From NCBI GenBank assembly GCA_003345545.1, contig PRDH01000017.1, positions 1-64,000 on the forward strand: a stretch of DNA of 64,000 nt, written 5' to 3'. Positions 1 to 9,920 of the stretch are shown one piece after another; within the stretch, counting starts at the first letter, position 1; every line of letters begins with the position of its first letter. The translations under genes were made by a program, and so were the position numbers. The notes under the pieces were generated by a model that did no database searches, was not told the DNA's origin, and saw only the letters and a list, made by a program, of their open reading frames with translations. The DNA is from Candidatus Thorarchaeota archaeon (lineage in GTDB: Archaea > Asgardarchaeota > Thorarchaeia > Thorarchaeales > Thorarchaeaceae).

Positions 1-42
1 AAACTTGACCATCTCGTCCTCAGTAGGTTTTTTGTCTTGCAT
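1..42 (-). CDS. Possible 5' end of a CDS running off the window (MQDKKPTEDEMVKF...)
   Basis: ATG at 42 preceded by GGTGTG; open frame to the window edge; same strand as the AOR-ligase gene. Only 14 codons visible. Confidence 0.4.
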   Translation of the reverse strand, partial: MQDKKPTEDEMVKF

Positions 43-104
43 CTCACACACCAAGCTCCACTTACAGTCGTTTTGTATTGAATACAGCTGCTGGCATTTC
101 TTGC

Positions 105-3100
105 TTAGCCTGTTTTCGACAGCTCTTCTTCTCTAAGCTTCTTCTTGAAGAGCTTCATTGCCATAGTCATGGGCAGTTCATCTCTGAATTCCACCCATTT
201 GGGTACAGCATATGGTTTCACCCTCTCCCTCAAGTAGTCAATGATGTCCTGCTCTGAGACCTTGCCTCTGTATTCATGTTTCAACTGGACAAAGGCCTTC
301 ACTCTCTCGCTTCCAGGTCTCTCAGGGTCAGGAACCCCTATCACACCTGCAACATCGACCGCTTCGTGTGCGTAAAGGATGTCATCAATGATCCTACTGT
401 ACACTTTGTTGCCCGAGACATTGATCATATCCTTCAACCGGTCTACAATCCTGAAGTAGCCATCACTATCCATCTCGACAATATCGCCCATAGGCAACCA
501 ACCGCCTTCCCTTAGTCCACTTCCAGGAGTTGGGAAGTATCCCTTCATCACTTGCGGTCCACGGATCCAGATTTCTCCCCGTTCGCTAAGCGGAAGCTCT
601 TTGCCAGTTTCGGGGTCGACGATCTTGATTTCTGTATCAGGAATAGGGACACCGATGCCCCTCTTTGTTTCGCTCATGAAGCCAGTGACTTTCGAAAGCG
701 CAGATACGTTGATTGTGACAACAGCTGATGTCTCTGTCGCGCCATAGCCTTCGCCCATGGGCACTCCTGTCTTCTCCTCAAATTCCTCCGCAACATCAGC
801 AGGAAGTGCCGCTGCACCTGAGTAGTAGAATATCTGCCCCTTCTTCAAGTCGAACTTGCTCAGCATGGTATAGTGAGCTGGGACTGCAAACACAACGAAC
901 GGACGATGTTTGTTGATAATGTCAGCAATTCTTGAGATATCGCGCGGGTCAATCAGGTATATTTTCATTCCCCATGACAAGCATGCATGCACAGCCCAAT
1001 GACCGTACGCGTGAAAGATGGGAACACATATCAGACCAGCACTCTGTCCTATGATACCCTCCTTTAGAGGATCCATCATCCATTGAATTGACTGTATGAC
1101 TGCACTTGTCAGATTGTAGTGCGTCAACAGAGTTCCTTTTGGAAGTCCCGTGGTGCCGCCAGTGAAGGGCAGTAGAGCGATATCCTCCTTTGGGTTGATC
1201 TCGACAGTTCCGACATGTGGCTCGTATTGTTCTATCAAGTCACTGAGAAGGAAATAGTTGTCATCTTCTATCTTTTCCACGTCAGGATATTCGTAGTCCG
1301 GAAATACTCTTGTAGGAATGTAGATGACAATTCTCACATTCGTTTCCGGTTTCACTCGATTGACTCTTTCGACACGTCTGGACGAACACACTACGATTTC
1401 GGCCTTACTCTCTTTGAGTTCATACAACAAGTCGTCTTCCTTGTGCATGATGCTCAGAGGAACGTGGATGGCTCCAATCTTCATTGCGGCGTAGTCGGCT
1501 ATTACGAATTCAGGACATGATGGAAGTACAGTGGCAATTGCATCTCCTTTCTTCACACCAAGTGCTACGAACGCCGAGGCAAGCTTGTCAACCTTCAACT
1601 TCAATTCCTGGTACGTCAAGTGCTGGTCCAGGTACTCACAGGCTTCAATATCCGGAAAGTCCCTTGCCGAGTCTTCGAGGAACTTGTAGACATTCATCTC
1701 AGGATACGGAGCCATCGAATGCTTGAGTTTGAAAGGACCTATTTTGTAGCTGCTCAACCATGGTCTGCCGGCGATGATTTCTGCCGATGTTGTTGATACC
1801 AGTGCTGCTGTGTCGTTATCGGAAGCAGTGATTTGTTTTGTTTTTGCCCCTCTGGTTCTTCTCTTGAAATCCTCATATTTGGGGATTGAACCAGCAACCC
1901 ATTCCAAATCCAGCTCCTTCAGTTTTTCCGTGGTTGGTCTGCCTTGACTATCCCATCCACGATACTTATAGTACGCATTCAGGAGAACATCTAGGTTCAC
2001 AACGTGCCCCTTGGCTGGTCCTTCAGGCATCGGATCCTCCAGCAACCGTCGAGGCAATGTGTCATCTTTTCGCGTAAACCCTTCTCTCAGAATGTATGCC
2101 CTCTCTAAGTTGTAGATTCTCTCACCTGTCCTGCGAAAGTCATCAGCAGAGAACTCATAGCCCATCAATGTGGAGATCAGTTTCGCCCAGTCGTCAGTAG
2201 TGAGCACCATCCCCATGAATTTGCACCCGCCAATGGCATCAAAGATACCGAACGCGTCCTCGAAGTTCTTGACGACTAGTGCTATCTCTGGGATTTCCAA
2301 TAATGGGTCTCCCACATCCGCATCCTCGACGATCATGAAAGGCATTGAAAGAAAAGCAGGTCCTTCAATATATGCTGTGATGTGATCTCCACCTCGATTG
2401 GCGACAGCATAGGCAAGTCCAGTTATCTTGGCTGCTCTACTGTCATAACCCGGAAGCTCCAGTCCCTTGACATGCATCGCGAACCTCTCGGACCCATTAC
2501 CTAACTTCTCAGCCATTCTCATGGTCCCTTCAGCAAGGAGGTCTCCTATTCCTTCACGTTTTCCAATCTTGTGAACAATGTCAACGATAAGTTGTGCATT
2601 TCCCCAGGAGAAGTCCATACCGTCAAGGTCCTCATCTTTCAGAATGCCGCGTTGGCGACACTCCATGGCAAACCCGACAGTGTTCCCTGCAGAGATTGTA
2701 TCGATGCCATACTCATTGCACAGGAAGTGTGCGAGCGTGATGGCCTCTAGGCTGTCCACACCACACATGGTCCCAAATGAGCTGAGAGTTTCATATTCCG
2801 GGCCTTCTCCTTTGCTCTTGAATGGTCCTTCCTTGATCTCTGCAATTCTCCCACAATGGATAGGACAAGCAAAGCACGGCTTCCGTTTCACGAGGATGTT
2901 GTCATTGATTGCCTGTCCGTTAATCTTCTCTGCGTTCTCAAAGACACCAGTCTGCCAATTTCGAGTCGGGATGCCTCCCTTGACATTGACTAGGTCAACC
3001 ATCGTAGCTGTACCATAAACCTCAAGGGTCATCTTCAGAAGGCTTTGGTTCACCCAGTCAAACCTCTGCTTTGCCTCCTGCTTGTATGCATCTGAATCTG

Positions 3101-3746
3101 CAATTGGGATGTCCAGTGTCCCCTTCGATGCTATTGCTTTCAGATTCTTTGAACCCATGACTGCGCCAACGCCGCACCGTCCCGCTGCACGACCCCAGTT
3201 CTCCTCATCGCAGTCGTTCATGATTGCTGCGTACTTGACTAGGTTCTCCCCTGCAATACCAATGCAAGCGACGTTGAATTTGGATCCATGTTTCTCTCTG
3301 AGGATTCTCGTTGTTTCAGAGGTGTTCTTTCCCCATATCTTGGATGCATCGAGCAGCCTTGCTTTTCCATCTTCAGTGAGCAGATAGACCGGTCTTGGTG
3401 CCTTTCCCTCAAATATTATGCCATCAAAACCTGAGCGCTTGAAATCTCTCCCCCAGAATCCTGCCGAGTTCGCCTGACCCCATCCGTTCGTGAGGGGTGA
3501 CTTTGTCACTACGCTATATCGTCCCGTGCTGGGTGAATTCGTACCCGTAAGAGGCCCGGTCATGAAGATGAGTTTGTTCTCAGGTCCAAGGGGATCAATG
3601 CCTTTCTTAGTTTCGTCGAGTAGGATTTTAGTGGCTAATCCTGCACCACCGAGGTATTTCCGTAGGGTTTCTTCATCAGGGAATTCCTCAGTTATTCTAG
3701 AAGTGGCCAGATTGATACGCAGGATTTTGCCCATGTAGCCGTACAT
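105..3746 (-). CDS. Fusion of tungsten-type aldehyde:ferredoxin oxidoreductase (N-terminal ~620 aa) and long-chain acyl-CoA synthetase / AMP-binding domain (C-terminal ~550 aa)
   Basis: AOR motifs KSPLT, AAGRCGVGAVMGSKNLKAI, CFACPIHC, EYET, YGIDTIS. ANL motifs FTGGTTGLPKG, GEGYGATE, GD, DRLKDMI and terminal Lys motif. Single uninterrupted ORF. Confidence 0.9.
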   Translation of the reverse strand: MYGYMGKILRINLATSRITEEFPDEETLRKYLGGAGLATKILLDETKKGIDPLGPENKLIFMTGPLTGTNSPSTGRYSVVTKSPLTNGWGQANSAGFWGRDFKRSGFDGIIFEGKAPRPVYLLTEDGKARLLDASKIWGKNTSETTRILREKHGSKFNVACIGIAGENLVKYAAIMNDCDEENWGRAAGRCGVGAVMGSKNLKAIASKGTLDIPIADSDAYKQEAKQRFDWVNQSLLKMTLEVYGTATMVDLVNVKGGIPTRNWQTGVFENAEKINGQAINDNILVKRKPCFACPIHCGRIAEIKEGPFKSKGEGPEYETLSSFGTMCGVDSLEAITLAHFLCNEYGIDTISAGNTVGFAMECRQRGILKDEDLDGMDFSWGNAQLIVDIVHKIGKREGIGDLLAEGTMRMAEKLGNGSERFAMHVKGLELPGYDSRAAKITGLAYAVANRGGDHITAYIEGPAFLSMPFMIVEDADVGDPLLEIPEIALVVKNFEDAFGIFDAIGGCKFMGMVLTTDDWAKLISTLMGYEFSADDFRRTGERIYNLERAYILREGFTRKDDTLPRRLLEDPMPEGPAKGHVVNLDVLLNAYYKYRGWDSQGRPTTEKLKELDLEWVAGSIPKYEDFKRRTRGAKTKQITASDNDTAALVSTTSAEIIAGRPWLSSYKIGPFKLKHSMAPYPEMNVYKFLEDSARDFPDIEACEYLDQHLTYQELKLKVDKLASAFVALGVKKGDAIATVLPSCPEFVIADYAAMKIGAIHVPLSIMHKEDDLLYELKESKAEIVVCSSRRVERVNRVKPETNVRIVIYIPTRVFPDYEYPDVEKIEDDNYFLLSDLIEQYEPHVGTVEINPKEDIALLPFTGGTTGLPKGTLLTHYNLTSAVIQSIQWMMDPLKEGIIGQSAGLICVPIFHAYGHWAVHACLSWGMKIYLIDPRDISRIADIINKHRPFVVFAVPAHYTMLSKFDLKKGQIFYYSGAAALPADVAEEFEEKTGVPMGEGYGATETSAVVTINVSALSKVTGFMSETKRGIGVPIPDTEIKIVDPETGKELPLSERGEIWIRGPQVMKGYFPTPGSGLREGGWLPMGDIVEMDSDGYFRIVDRLKDMINVSGNKVYSRIIDDILYAHEAVDVAGVIGVPDPERPGSERVKAFVQLKHEYRGKVSEQDIIDYLRERVKPYAVPKWVEFRDELPMTMAMKLFKKKLREEELSKTG

Positions 3747-3970
3747 GATGAAGTGGACCCCTTACTATTCAGGAAACGAAGTCACACGCTTTTAAAAGGC
3801 TGATGTTCATCAAAGCAGGCGAGGCGCCAGTAGGTGAGGTAAAGGCGAGGTTCTTCGTGTATCTCAGTAGCCTCAGACCTCCCTAAGCTCTATTTATCAG
3901 TCAGATGCTCTTGTTACAGGAACATTCAATCGAATGATTATGATCAGTGATGCATTAGGGATTGATTACC

Positions 3971-4420
3971 ATGCCGAAATTCATGTCACCTGAATGGTTA
4001 GATCTTTATAAGGACGCACTCAACAACAACAAGGCCTATGCCAAAGCTGCTTCGTGGTGGACTGGTGATTTCATCTTCATCGTCAGAGCCAGCGGCAAGT
4101 TGGACCATGATATCTTTGCTTTCATCGGGCTGACTCACGGCAAATGCACTGGCGTAAAGCCCATAAAATCGGAAGCTGAGTACCAAGTCGTGAAAGCCGG
4201 TGAGAGTGCGAGTAGCAAAGGTAAGGTTGCTGTAGAATACGTCTATGAAGCCAAGTATGATGCTTGGTTGAAAATCCTGAAAGGCGAGTTGGATCCTGTC
4301 CGCGGGCTTCTCAGTGGCCAGGCAAGAATCGTGGGAGATATGGCCAAAATCCTCAAGGCCACGGATGCCGCTAAGGAGCTAGTACGCTCATCGACCCTGA
4401 TTGACACACAATTCTATTAG
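3971..4420 (+). CDS. SCP2 sterol/lipid-binding domain protein
   Basis: F.SPEW start and W..IL.GELDP..GLLSG..RIVGDM..IL signature typical of SCP2 proteins; ATG at 3971. Confidence 0.8.
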   Translation: MPKFMSPEWLDLYKDALNNNKAYAKAASWWTGDFIFIVRASGKLDHDIFAFIGLTHGKCTGVKPIKSEAEYQVVKAGESASSKGKVAVEYVYEAKYDAWLKILKGELDPVRGLLSGQARIVGDMAKILKATDAAKELVRSSTLIDTQFY

Positions 4421-4434
4421 ACACTAGGTGAAAA

Positions 4435-4848
4435 ATGATGGATGAAGCGGCACAAGAAACCCTGTTCTTCACATTCAAGTCCGTAATAGAGGATGTTATC
4501 GCTGACAAGCGGAAGAATCTCGAGAACACCAAGACTCTTGACGAGTACCGAGCTAGGATAAACATAGGCTTGCATGTAGAAGAGAAATTCATAATGTGGG
4601 TGAATCTGGTTGCAGAAGGCGGCAACTATATTCTCAACAGAGGCAAGCTGGATAACTATGACTTGGAGCTGATATCTGACCCTGAAGATATGATGTACTT
4701 CACAAACAAGACATACTCGACGATGAAGATGATGCTTACAAAAAACAGATTCGGAGAGAGAAAGCTGCTTTTCAGGGGAGGGACCACTGGTAGAAACTAC
4801 GGGAAACTGCTCAAGCTCCCTAAAGTACTCGTCTTGGATGCAGAATAG
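4435..4848 (+). CDS. Divergent SCP2-like protein
   Basis: DLELISDPEDM...STMKMML...KLLFRG resembles the SCP2 C-terminal half; 14 bp after the SCP2 gene. Confidence 0.5.
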   Translation: MMDEAAQETLFFTFKSVIEDVIADKRKNLENTKTLDEYRARINIGLHVEEKFIMWVNLVAEGGNYILNRGKLDNYDLELISDPEDMMYFTNKTYSTMKMMLTKNRFGERKLLFRGGTTGRNYGKLLKLPKVLVLDAE

Positions 4849-4992
4849 GTGTTTCAGCAGATACTAAGTCATTGCCTCTCTCTGCGAGGTACCGAGATAG
4901 GCTGATATCACACAATGATGGTGGTTCGAGTTCGCAGAAGACTCATGTCAGGAAATTGTATTTAAGACGGCGGACGCTGCTGAAATCTCAAG

Positions 4993-6321
4993 TTGAGGTT
5001 TTTCGAATATTCTAAGCTCAGAGGAAAGGAATTCAGCGGGCTTTCAACCTTTCAGATTCTTGCCCACTTCCGAAGGTCCATAGTCTACACTTTCTTGTCG
5101 ATTTATCTAAGAACCCTTGGTCTCTCAACTACAGAAGTAACTTTGATGGCTACTGTGGGAATGATTGCCAATGCGCTCGCTCAATCACTTCTTTGGGGTA
5201 ATTTGCTCGATAGATACCGAAAACCTACAGAGTTCGTCGTCGTGGGAGAGATTCTGGCAGGATTTGGTCACCTATTCATGATCTTCGGATACATGTTCTT
5301 TCTCGGTCTGAGTCAGTTGATTATTGCGGGATATATGATAATATTCTGCTTGGGCGGGATTGAGATATTCTGGAGTATGTCAAATGTTGGATGGTCTGCA
5401 TTGGTTTCCGAGTTGACAGTAGTTGATGAGAGAAAAAAGGTAATGGGGCAGCTCTCAATCATCGGGGGATTTGGCGGAGTCGGAGGTGCAATGCTCGGGG
5501 GCTTTCTCTATGAAAGTGGTGCAGGATTTGCCAACGGTAGCATCTTCAGCATCGCAGCAGCCATTATGATATTCTCAGGTGTCTTTGTCTACTTCTCGAT
5601 TCGCCTTGGAAGAGAGAAACAACCTGAGAGATTCGATAAGAATGAACCTTCCGAAAACCATGCACTTAGTGACCTTCCATCACAGCTCCGCACTGGGTAC
5701 TTGATCTTCATTATGGCATTGACGTTTGTGAATTTCGGGAGAAACTCAATTGCGATTATCACCAGCCTTTTTCTGGCAGACCCGACAGCATTCAATGCAA
5801 CCGGAGGAGAGATTGCAGTCTATAGCAATGTCGGGAGTATAGCCGCAATGTCATCTGGGCTCATGGTTGGATTCATTGTTACCAAAGCTGACGACAACAA
5901 GGTGATGATGTTTGGCGTCATATTGTCACTCGCAGGTATCTCCTGGCTCGTAGTTACGCCCACCTTCTCATTGGCTCTTCTTGCTTCGTTCTTCATTGGT
6001 GCGTCGCAAGTAGTCATAGAATCATCTAGCTACTCTATAGTCGCCAGAATGGCTCCCCAAGAATACAGAGGCCGTCTCTTCGCTTACTACAACGCGACCT
6101 TTTTCCTGAGCTGGGGAATTGCTGCAACATTGATCGCGGGTCCAATTGCAGACTTTCTAATAGCTGGCAGATTATCGAATGCAGACGCCTACAGAGGTAG
6201 TTTCATAGCAGCATTGATTCTGATAGCCATTGGAGTTGTTGTTCTTTTGGTGTCATTCAAATACACGAAGAGAATGAAACAGATAAAGGAAGTTGGAACG
6301 GTCGCTGATGCAGCACAGTAG
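4993..6321 (+). CDS. MFS transporter
   Basis: About 12 hydrophobic segments; WGNLLDRY (motif A-like), ERKKVMG and EYRGR repeats. Confidence 0.85.
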   Translation: MRFFEYSKLRGKEFSGLSTFQILAHFRRSIVYTFLSIYLRTLGLSTTEVTLMATVGMIANALAQSLLWGNLLDRYRKPTEFVVVGEILAGFGHLFMIFGYMFFLGLSQLIIAGYMIIFCLGGIEIFWSMSNVGWSALVSELTVVDERKKVMGQLSIIGGFGGVGGAMLGGFLYESGAGFANGSIFSIAAAIMIFSGVFVYFSIRLGREKQPERFDKNEPSENHALSDLPSQLRTGYLIFIMALTFVNFGRNSIAIITSLFLADPTAFNATGGEIAVYSNVGSIAAMSSGLMVGFIVTKADDNKVMMFGVILSLAGISWLVVTPTFSLALLASFFIGASQVVIESSSYSIVARMAPQEYRGRLFAYYNATFFLSWGIAATLIAGPIADFLIAGRLSNADAYRGSFIAALILIAIGVVVLLVSFKYTKRMKQIKEVGTVADAAQ

Positions 6322-6395
6322 TTGTGGTCATTGCTGTGAAGTCCAAGCTTAATTAGCCATGGCATTTTCAGATGATGCAACATTGGGTGTTTGAA

Positions 6396-7424
6396 ATGGG
6401 CGTGACATACAAGAAGATCGAAGATACTCTCGTGCTGATGCATCGCATTCACGGAAACGTAGAGGATCTCCCTGAGTTGTTTGTCGGATTGAAACAAGCC
6501 GCTGGACTTGCCGCGGCTAGCGATCCTTTTGTTGTGCTGCACTTTCCGTTGACAGATGAAAAAGGGGTGACAATGGATGTCTGTCTCCCATTGTCTAGAC
6601 CGATTGAAAGCGGGAAGTTCGAAGTTGTCACCATAGAGGGCGGAATCGCTGCCACTGCCCTTCACAAAGGAACCTATGAGGACATCAAGAAGACCTATCG
6701 CAAGTTTGTACCTGAAGTATACGGACACGGACATCCCATTCAGGAGAATGGAAGAGAAGTATTCATAGCTCTCGACCTTGAGAATCCCGAGAATACTGTT
6801 GTTGAAATTCAAGCCATGCTTGTCGGTTGGGAGAGCAAATTGGCGTATCACCTTGAACGTGTCTTGGGAAAGAAAAAGAAAGACCGCGTTCTTGGCGGTT
6901 TCAAAGAACTTGCTTTAGAAACTGAGCAACCCAAACGTGCATTGGTCATCAAGGATGCTCTAACGAAACTTGACAAGATAGCCACAGAGGAACAGAAGTA
7001 TGAGGCTCTCTCATGCTGCGGTCATGAATTCCCTGCTGAACTAATCGTAGCAATGAGAGATCTGTATAGAGTGACAAAGAGTATCGATACAGTAATTCAG
7101 GCCATGAAGGACGGGCACTTCTTCTACCCGAAAATGCGCCGAGAGGGAAATATCATCTACGACAGGAAAGCTCCTGCTAGAAAGGAAGCCTTTGAGAAAG
7201 CCATGACGAAGAAAGAGAGAATGCATGCTGCCTGCTTCTGTCCGCTGCTAGAAGATTTCTGGGATGAGATGCCGGGCACGTTCTGCTATTGTGCAGCCGG
7301 ATGGCCGAGAAGACTCTTCGAAGGAATTCTTGAGACTCCGTTGAAGATTGAGGTTGTCAAGGCACTCACAAAGGGTGACGACTACTGTGAGTTTGCAATT
7401 CATTTGCCTGAAGGCGTTTCTTAG
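6396..7424 (+). CDS. GyrI-like small-molecule-binding domain fused to a Cys-rich V4R/DUF6144-like domain
   Basis: A.ALHKGTYE..KKTY and REVF (GyrI); CCGH, CFCP, FCYCAAGW, KGDDYCEF.I in the C-terminal half. Confidence 0.65.
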   Translation: MGVTYKKIEDTLVLMHRIHGNVEDLPELFVGLKQAAGLAAASDPFVVLHFPLTDEKGVTMDVCLPLSRPIESGKFEVVTIEGGIAATALHKGTYEDIKKTYRKFVPEVYGHGHPIQENGREVFIALDLENPENTVVEIQAMLVGWESKLAYHLERVLGKKKKDRVLGGFKELALETEQPKRALVIKDALTKLDKIATEEQKYEALSCCGHEFPAELIVAMRDLYRVTKSIDTVIQAMKDGHFFYPKMRREGNIIYDRKAPARKEAFEKAMTKKERMHAACFCPLLEDFWDEMPGTFCYCAAGWPRRLFEGILETPLKIEVVKALTKGDDYCEFAIHLPEGVS

Positions 7425-7494
7425 ATAGAAACACTACGCAAGAGCCGTATATCAATATTCAAGAGTGCATGCCCCGAGGTTAATTCTGAGAATA

Positions 7495-8310
7495 ATGAAA
7501 GTCGCATCTATCAAGGCAGGGAGCATCATTAGCAGGAGCAACATACCCGGGATAGATTTCGTTGCCAATCCCTATGTAGGCTGTCAACATGGTTGCATCT
7601 ACTGCTATGCAGAGTTCATGAAACGCTTCACCAATCACGCAGGGGATATATGGGGAGAATTCTTGGATGTAAAGCAATTTGAACTGGACAAAATCAGACC
7701 AGAGAAGTATGATGGAAAGACTCTCTTGTTGAGTTCGGTCACCGATCCCTATACGCCTCTCGAAGTGAAGTATGAGAATACCAGGCGAATCCTAAGACAG
7801 CTCATTGGAACCAAGGCAGATATCCAAGTTCTGACCAAGTCGAAACTAGTGGAACGTGACGCCGACTTATTCGAGCAATTCGAAAGAATTGAAGTCGGAG
7901 TCTCTCTGAATACTCTCGATAACGAACTAGCAGGCATTATTGAGCCACGTGCATCAAGACCGGCAGACAGGCTAAATGCCCTGAGGAGAATTGCTGACAA
8001 GGGTATCTCGACCTATGTCTTCGTTTCACCGATTTTTCCGAGGGTCTCAGACTGGAAGAAGGTCATTGAAACGGCGAGTCGAATCACTGATGATTTTCGT
8101 TTTGAGAATCTGAATTTTCGAGGTCACAACATACCTCGAATAATGAAATTGATCGACAGCAAGTATCCTGCCCTTTCTGATTACTATCGACGCATTCGGA
8201 TGGATCAATCTCTTTGGAATGAAGTGGCAGAATCAATTGAGACAGAATGCAAGAATGCTGGTGTCAAGTGCAGGATCGAATTCCATCATGGGGGCTTCTC
8301 CAAGGAATGA
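7495..8310 (+). CDS. Radical SAM protein, spore photoproduct lyase-like family
   Basis: NPYVGCQHGCIYCYA (CxxxCxxC), SSVTDPY, LTKS..V.RD, EP.AS...R. Confidence 0.85.
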   Translation: MKVASIKAGSIISRSNIPGIDFVANPYVGCQHGCIYCYAEFMKRFTNHAGDIWGEFLDVKQFELDKIRPEKYDGKTLLLSSVTDPYTPLEVKYENTRRILRQLIGTKADIQVLTKSKLVERDADLFEQFERIEVGVSLNTLDNELAGIIEPRASRPADRLNALRRIADKGISTYVFVSPIFPRVSDWKKVIETASRITDDFRFENLNFRGHNIPRIMKLIDSKYPALSDYYRRIRMDQSLWNEVAESIETECKNAGVKCRIEFHHGGFSKE

Positions 8311-8511
8311 ATTGCTCATCACTCTGGCTCCAATGACTCATACGAAGTGAATCATACCTGTTAGATCGGTACTCTTTCCACATGCCCCTTGAATTTCCTA
8401 AATTCATCATTTCGTGACCTAGGTAATTGGAAGGTCAGACGAGAGAGGCCCATGGAGATGGTCGTGTTTATTAGATTACAAAACAGCTTCCGAGTAATGG
8501 AGTTCTGAATT

Positions 8512-9087
8512 ATGAATACTGACAAGGCGCTACCGGGTGAAGTTGAGAAGAGATTTCTAAGACGACATTGGAAGATGGTGATCGTATTAGCAGTGCTCTT
8601 CTCTGGAGCTGCAATTGGAGCACTTCTTGTACTGCTTTGGTTTGTGGCTACGGCTCAAGCAACTGGACTCGTGCCACTCGTGCTTGGCCAATGGTCAATA
8701 GGTGCTGTGATTACATTCATTCTGCATCTGATCTTTTGGGAACTAGTCCTTGTGGGAAGTTGGGTTATACTAGTAGTTGCCGTTATATTTGTTAAATGGT
8801 ACAGAGGACTTCCGGCGGAAGAACGGGCAGGATGGCACCGACGTGGTAAGCGTGAAGGGAGCGATGCCTTCGGATTCTTGGTCGGATTGACATGGCTAAT
8901 TGTGGTATGGTTCGATGGTCGGTGGAACCTATCCTTCGAAACATGGACATTCAATGACTGGGTATACTCATTCCTTGCTGCAGTCTTCTGGGATCTGTTG
9001 ATATTCGGTGTCCCTATTGCGTTGTACTTCATATGGTGGATTAGAGGCGAAACAAAAAAGAACCCTGAATCAGCTGATAAGTTGTAG
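8512..9087 (+). CDS. Hypothetical membrane protein (about 4 TM, Trp-rich)
   Basis: Hydrophobic segments; clean 191-aa ORF. Confidence 0.7.
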   Translation: MNTDKALPGEVEKRFLRRHWKMVIVLAVLFSGAAIGALLVLLWFVATAQATGLVPLVLGQWSIGAVITFILHLIFWELVLVGSWVILVVAVIFVKWYRGLPAEERAGWHRRGKREGSDAFGFLVGLTWLIVVWFDGRWNLSFETWTFNDWVYSFLAAVFWDLLIFGVPIALYFIWWIRGETKKNPESADKL

Positions 9088-9138
9088 ATGACTGATTCTC
9101 GAATGCAAAGGACTTTCCAGCGAAGAGAGTGGCTGTGA

Positions 9139-9603
9139 ATGAAATCTCTATTGATTGTGTATTCATATCATCATAGGAATACCGAGAAGATTGCCAATGC
9201 CTTCGCGAAAGTTCTTGATGCGCAAATCAAGACGCCAAAACAAGTAGAACCATCAGAGCTTCAGGAGTATGGTCTTGTAGGCTTTGGCTCTGGGATCTAT
9301 GGTGATAAACACCACGAAACTCTGCTTGATCTAGCCAATAGACTTCCACGCCTCACCGACAGGAAGGCATTCATCTTTTCAACGAGTGCAATGATAAACA
9401 CTGACAAAATCGCCAAAGACCACTCGCCCCTCCGGGGAATACTGCAATCAAAGGGCTACCTGATAGTTGATGAATTCGCATGTCTTGGTTTCAATACTAA
9501 TGGTTTCTTGAGGTTTTTTGGAGGAATGAACAAAGGCAGACCCAATGCTGAAGACCTCAAACATGCGGAGGAGTTTGCCCAGGAACTCAAGCAGAACCTG
9601 TAG
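9139..9603 (+). CDS. Flavodoxin family protein
   Basis: VYSYHHRNTEKIA FMN loop, GFGSGIY, FST, GRPN.EDL..A..FA. Confidence 0.85.
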   Translation: MKSLLIVYSYHHRNTEKIANAFAKVLDAQIKTPKQVEPSELQEYGLVGFGSGIYGDKHHETLLDLANRLPRLTDRKAFIFSTSAMINTDKIAKDHSPLRGILQSKGYLIVDEFACLGFNTNGFLRFFGGMNKGRPNAEDLKHAEEFAQELKQNL

Positions 9604-9620
9604 GAGGACGGTAAGTGTAG

Positions 9621-9795
9621 GTCGAAGCAGTTGTATACGCAGAATGCGAGCCTCCGGATGTCCTTCAACTGGAAGAGCTGGAGAAACCTACTCCAAAGGA
9701 GGATTATGTACTTGTCAAAGTCTATGCACACCCCTAATGCAGTTGACTTTGATATTATGGGAGGTATTCTTCTTGCCCGCTTGAAGGGGATCTAG
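9621..9795 (+). pseudogene. Frameshifted N-terminal remnant of an MDR-family (quinone oxidoreductase / Zn-ADH-like) gene
   Basis: Pieces in shifting frames read EAVVYAECEPPDVLQLEELEKPTPK / EDYVLVKVYA / NAVDFDIMGGILLARLKGI*, matching the MDR N-terminus pattern KAVVY..YGPPDVL.L.E...P.P...EVLVKV.A. Confidence 0.7.
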
Positions 9796-9920
9796 AACGG
9801 GAATCAAGAATGCGCTGCCTCTTGGTCGGGTGAAGCAATATGCTTGATTCTCCCAAAGTCATTCACACTTGCACCAATGATATGGAATTGTGGTCTATGT
9901 CGGATAGATGGGAGCCGCAG

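Noticed and set aside
276-3738. Many short antisense or overlapping ORFs in the six-frame track (here and throughout)
   Set aside because: They are shadows of well-supported genes on the other strand or frame, with no motifs.
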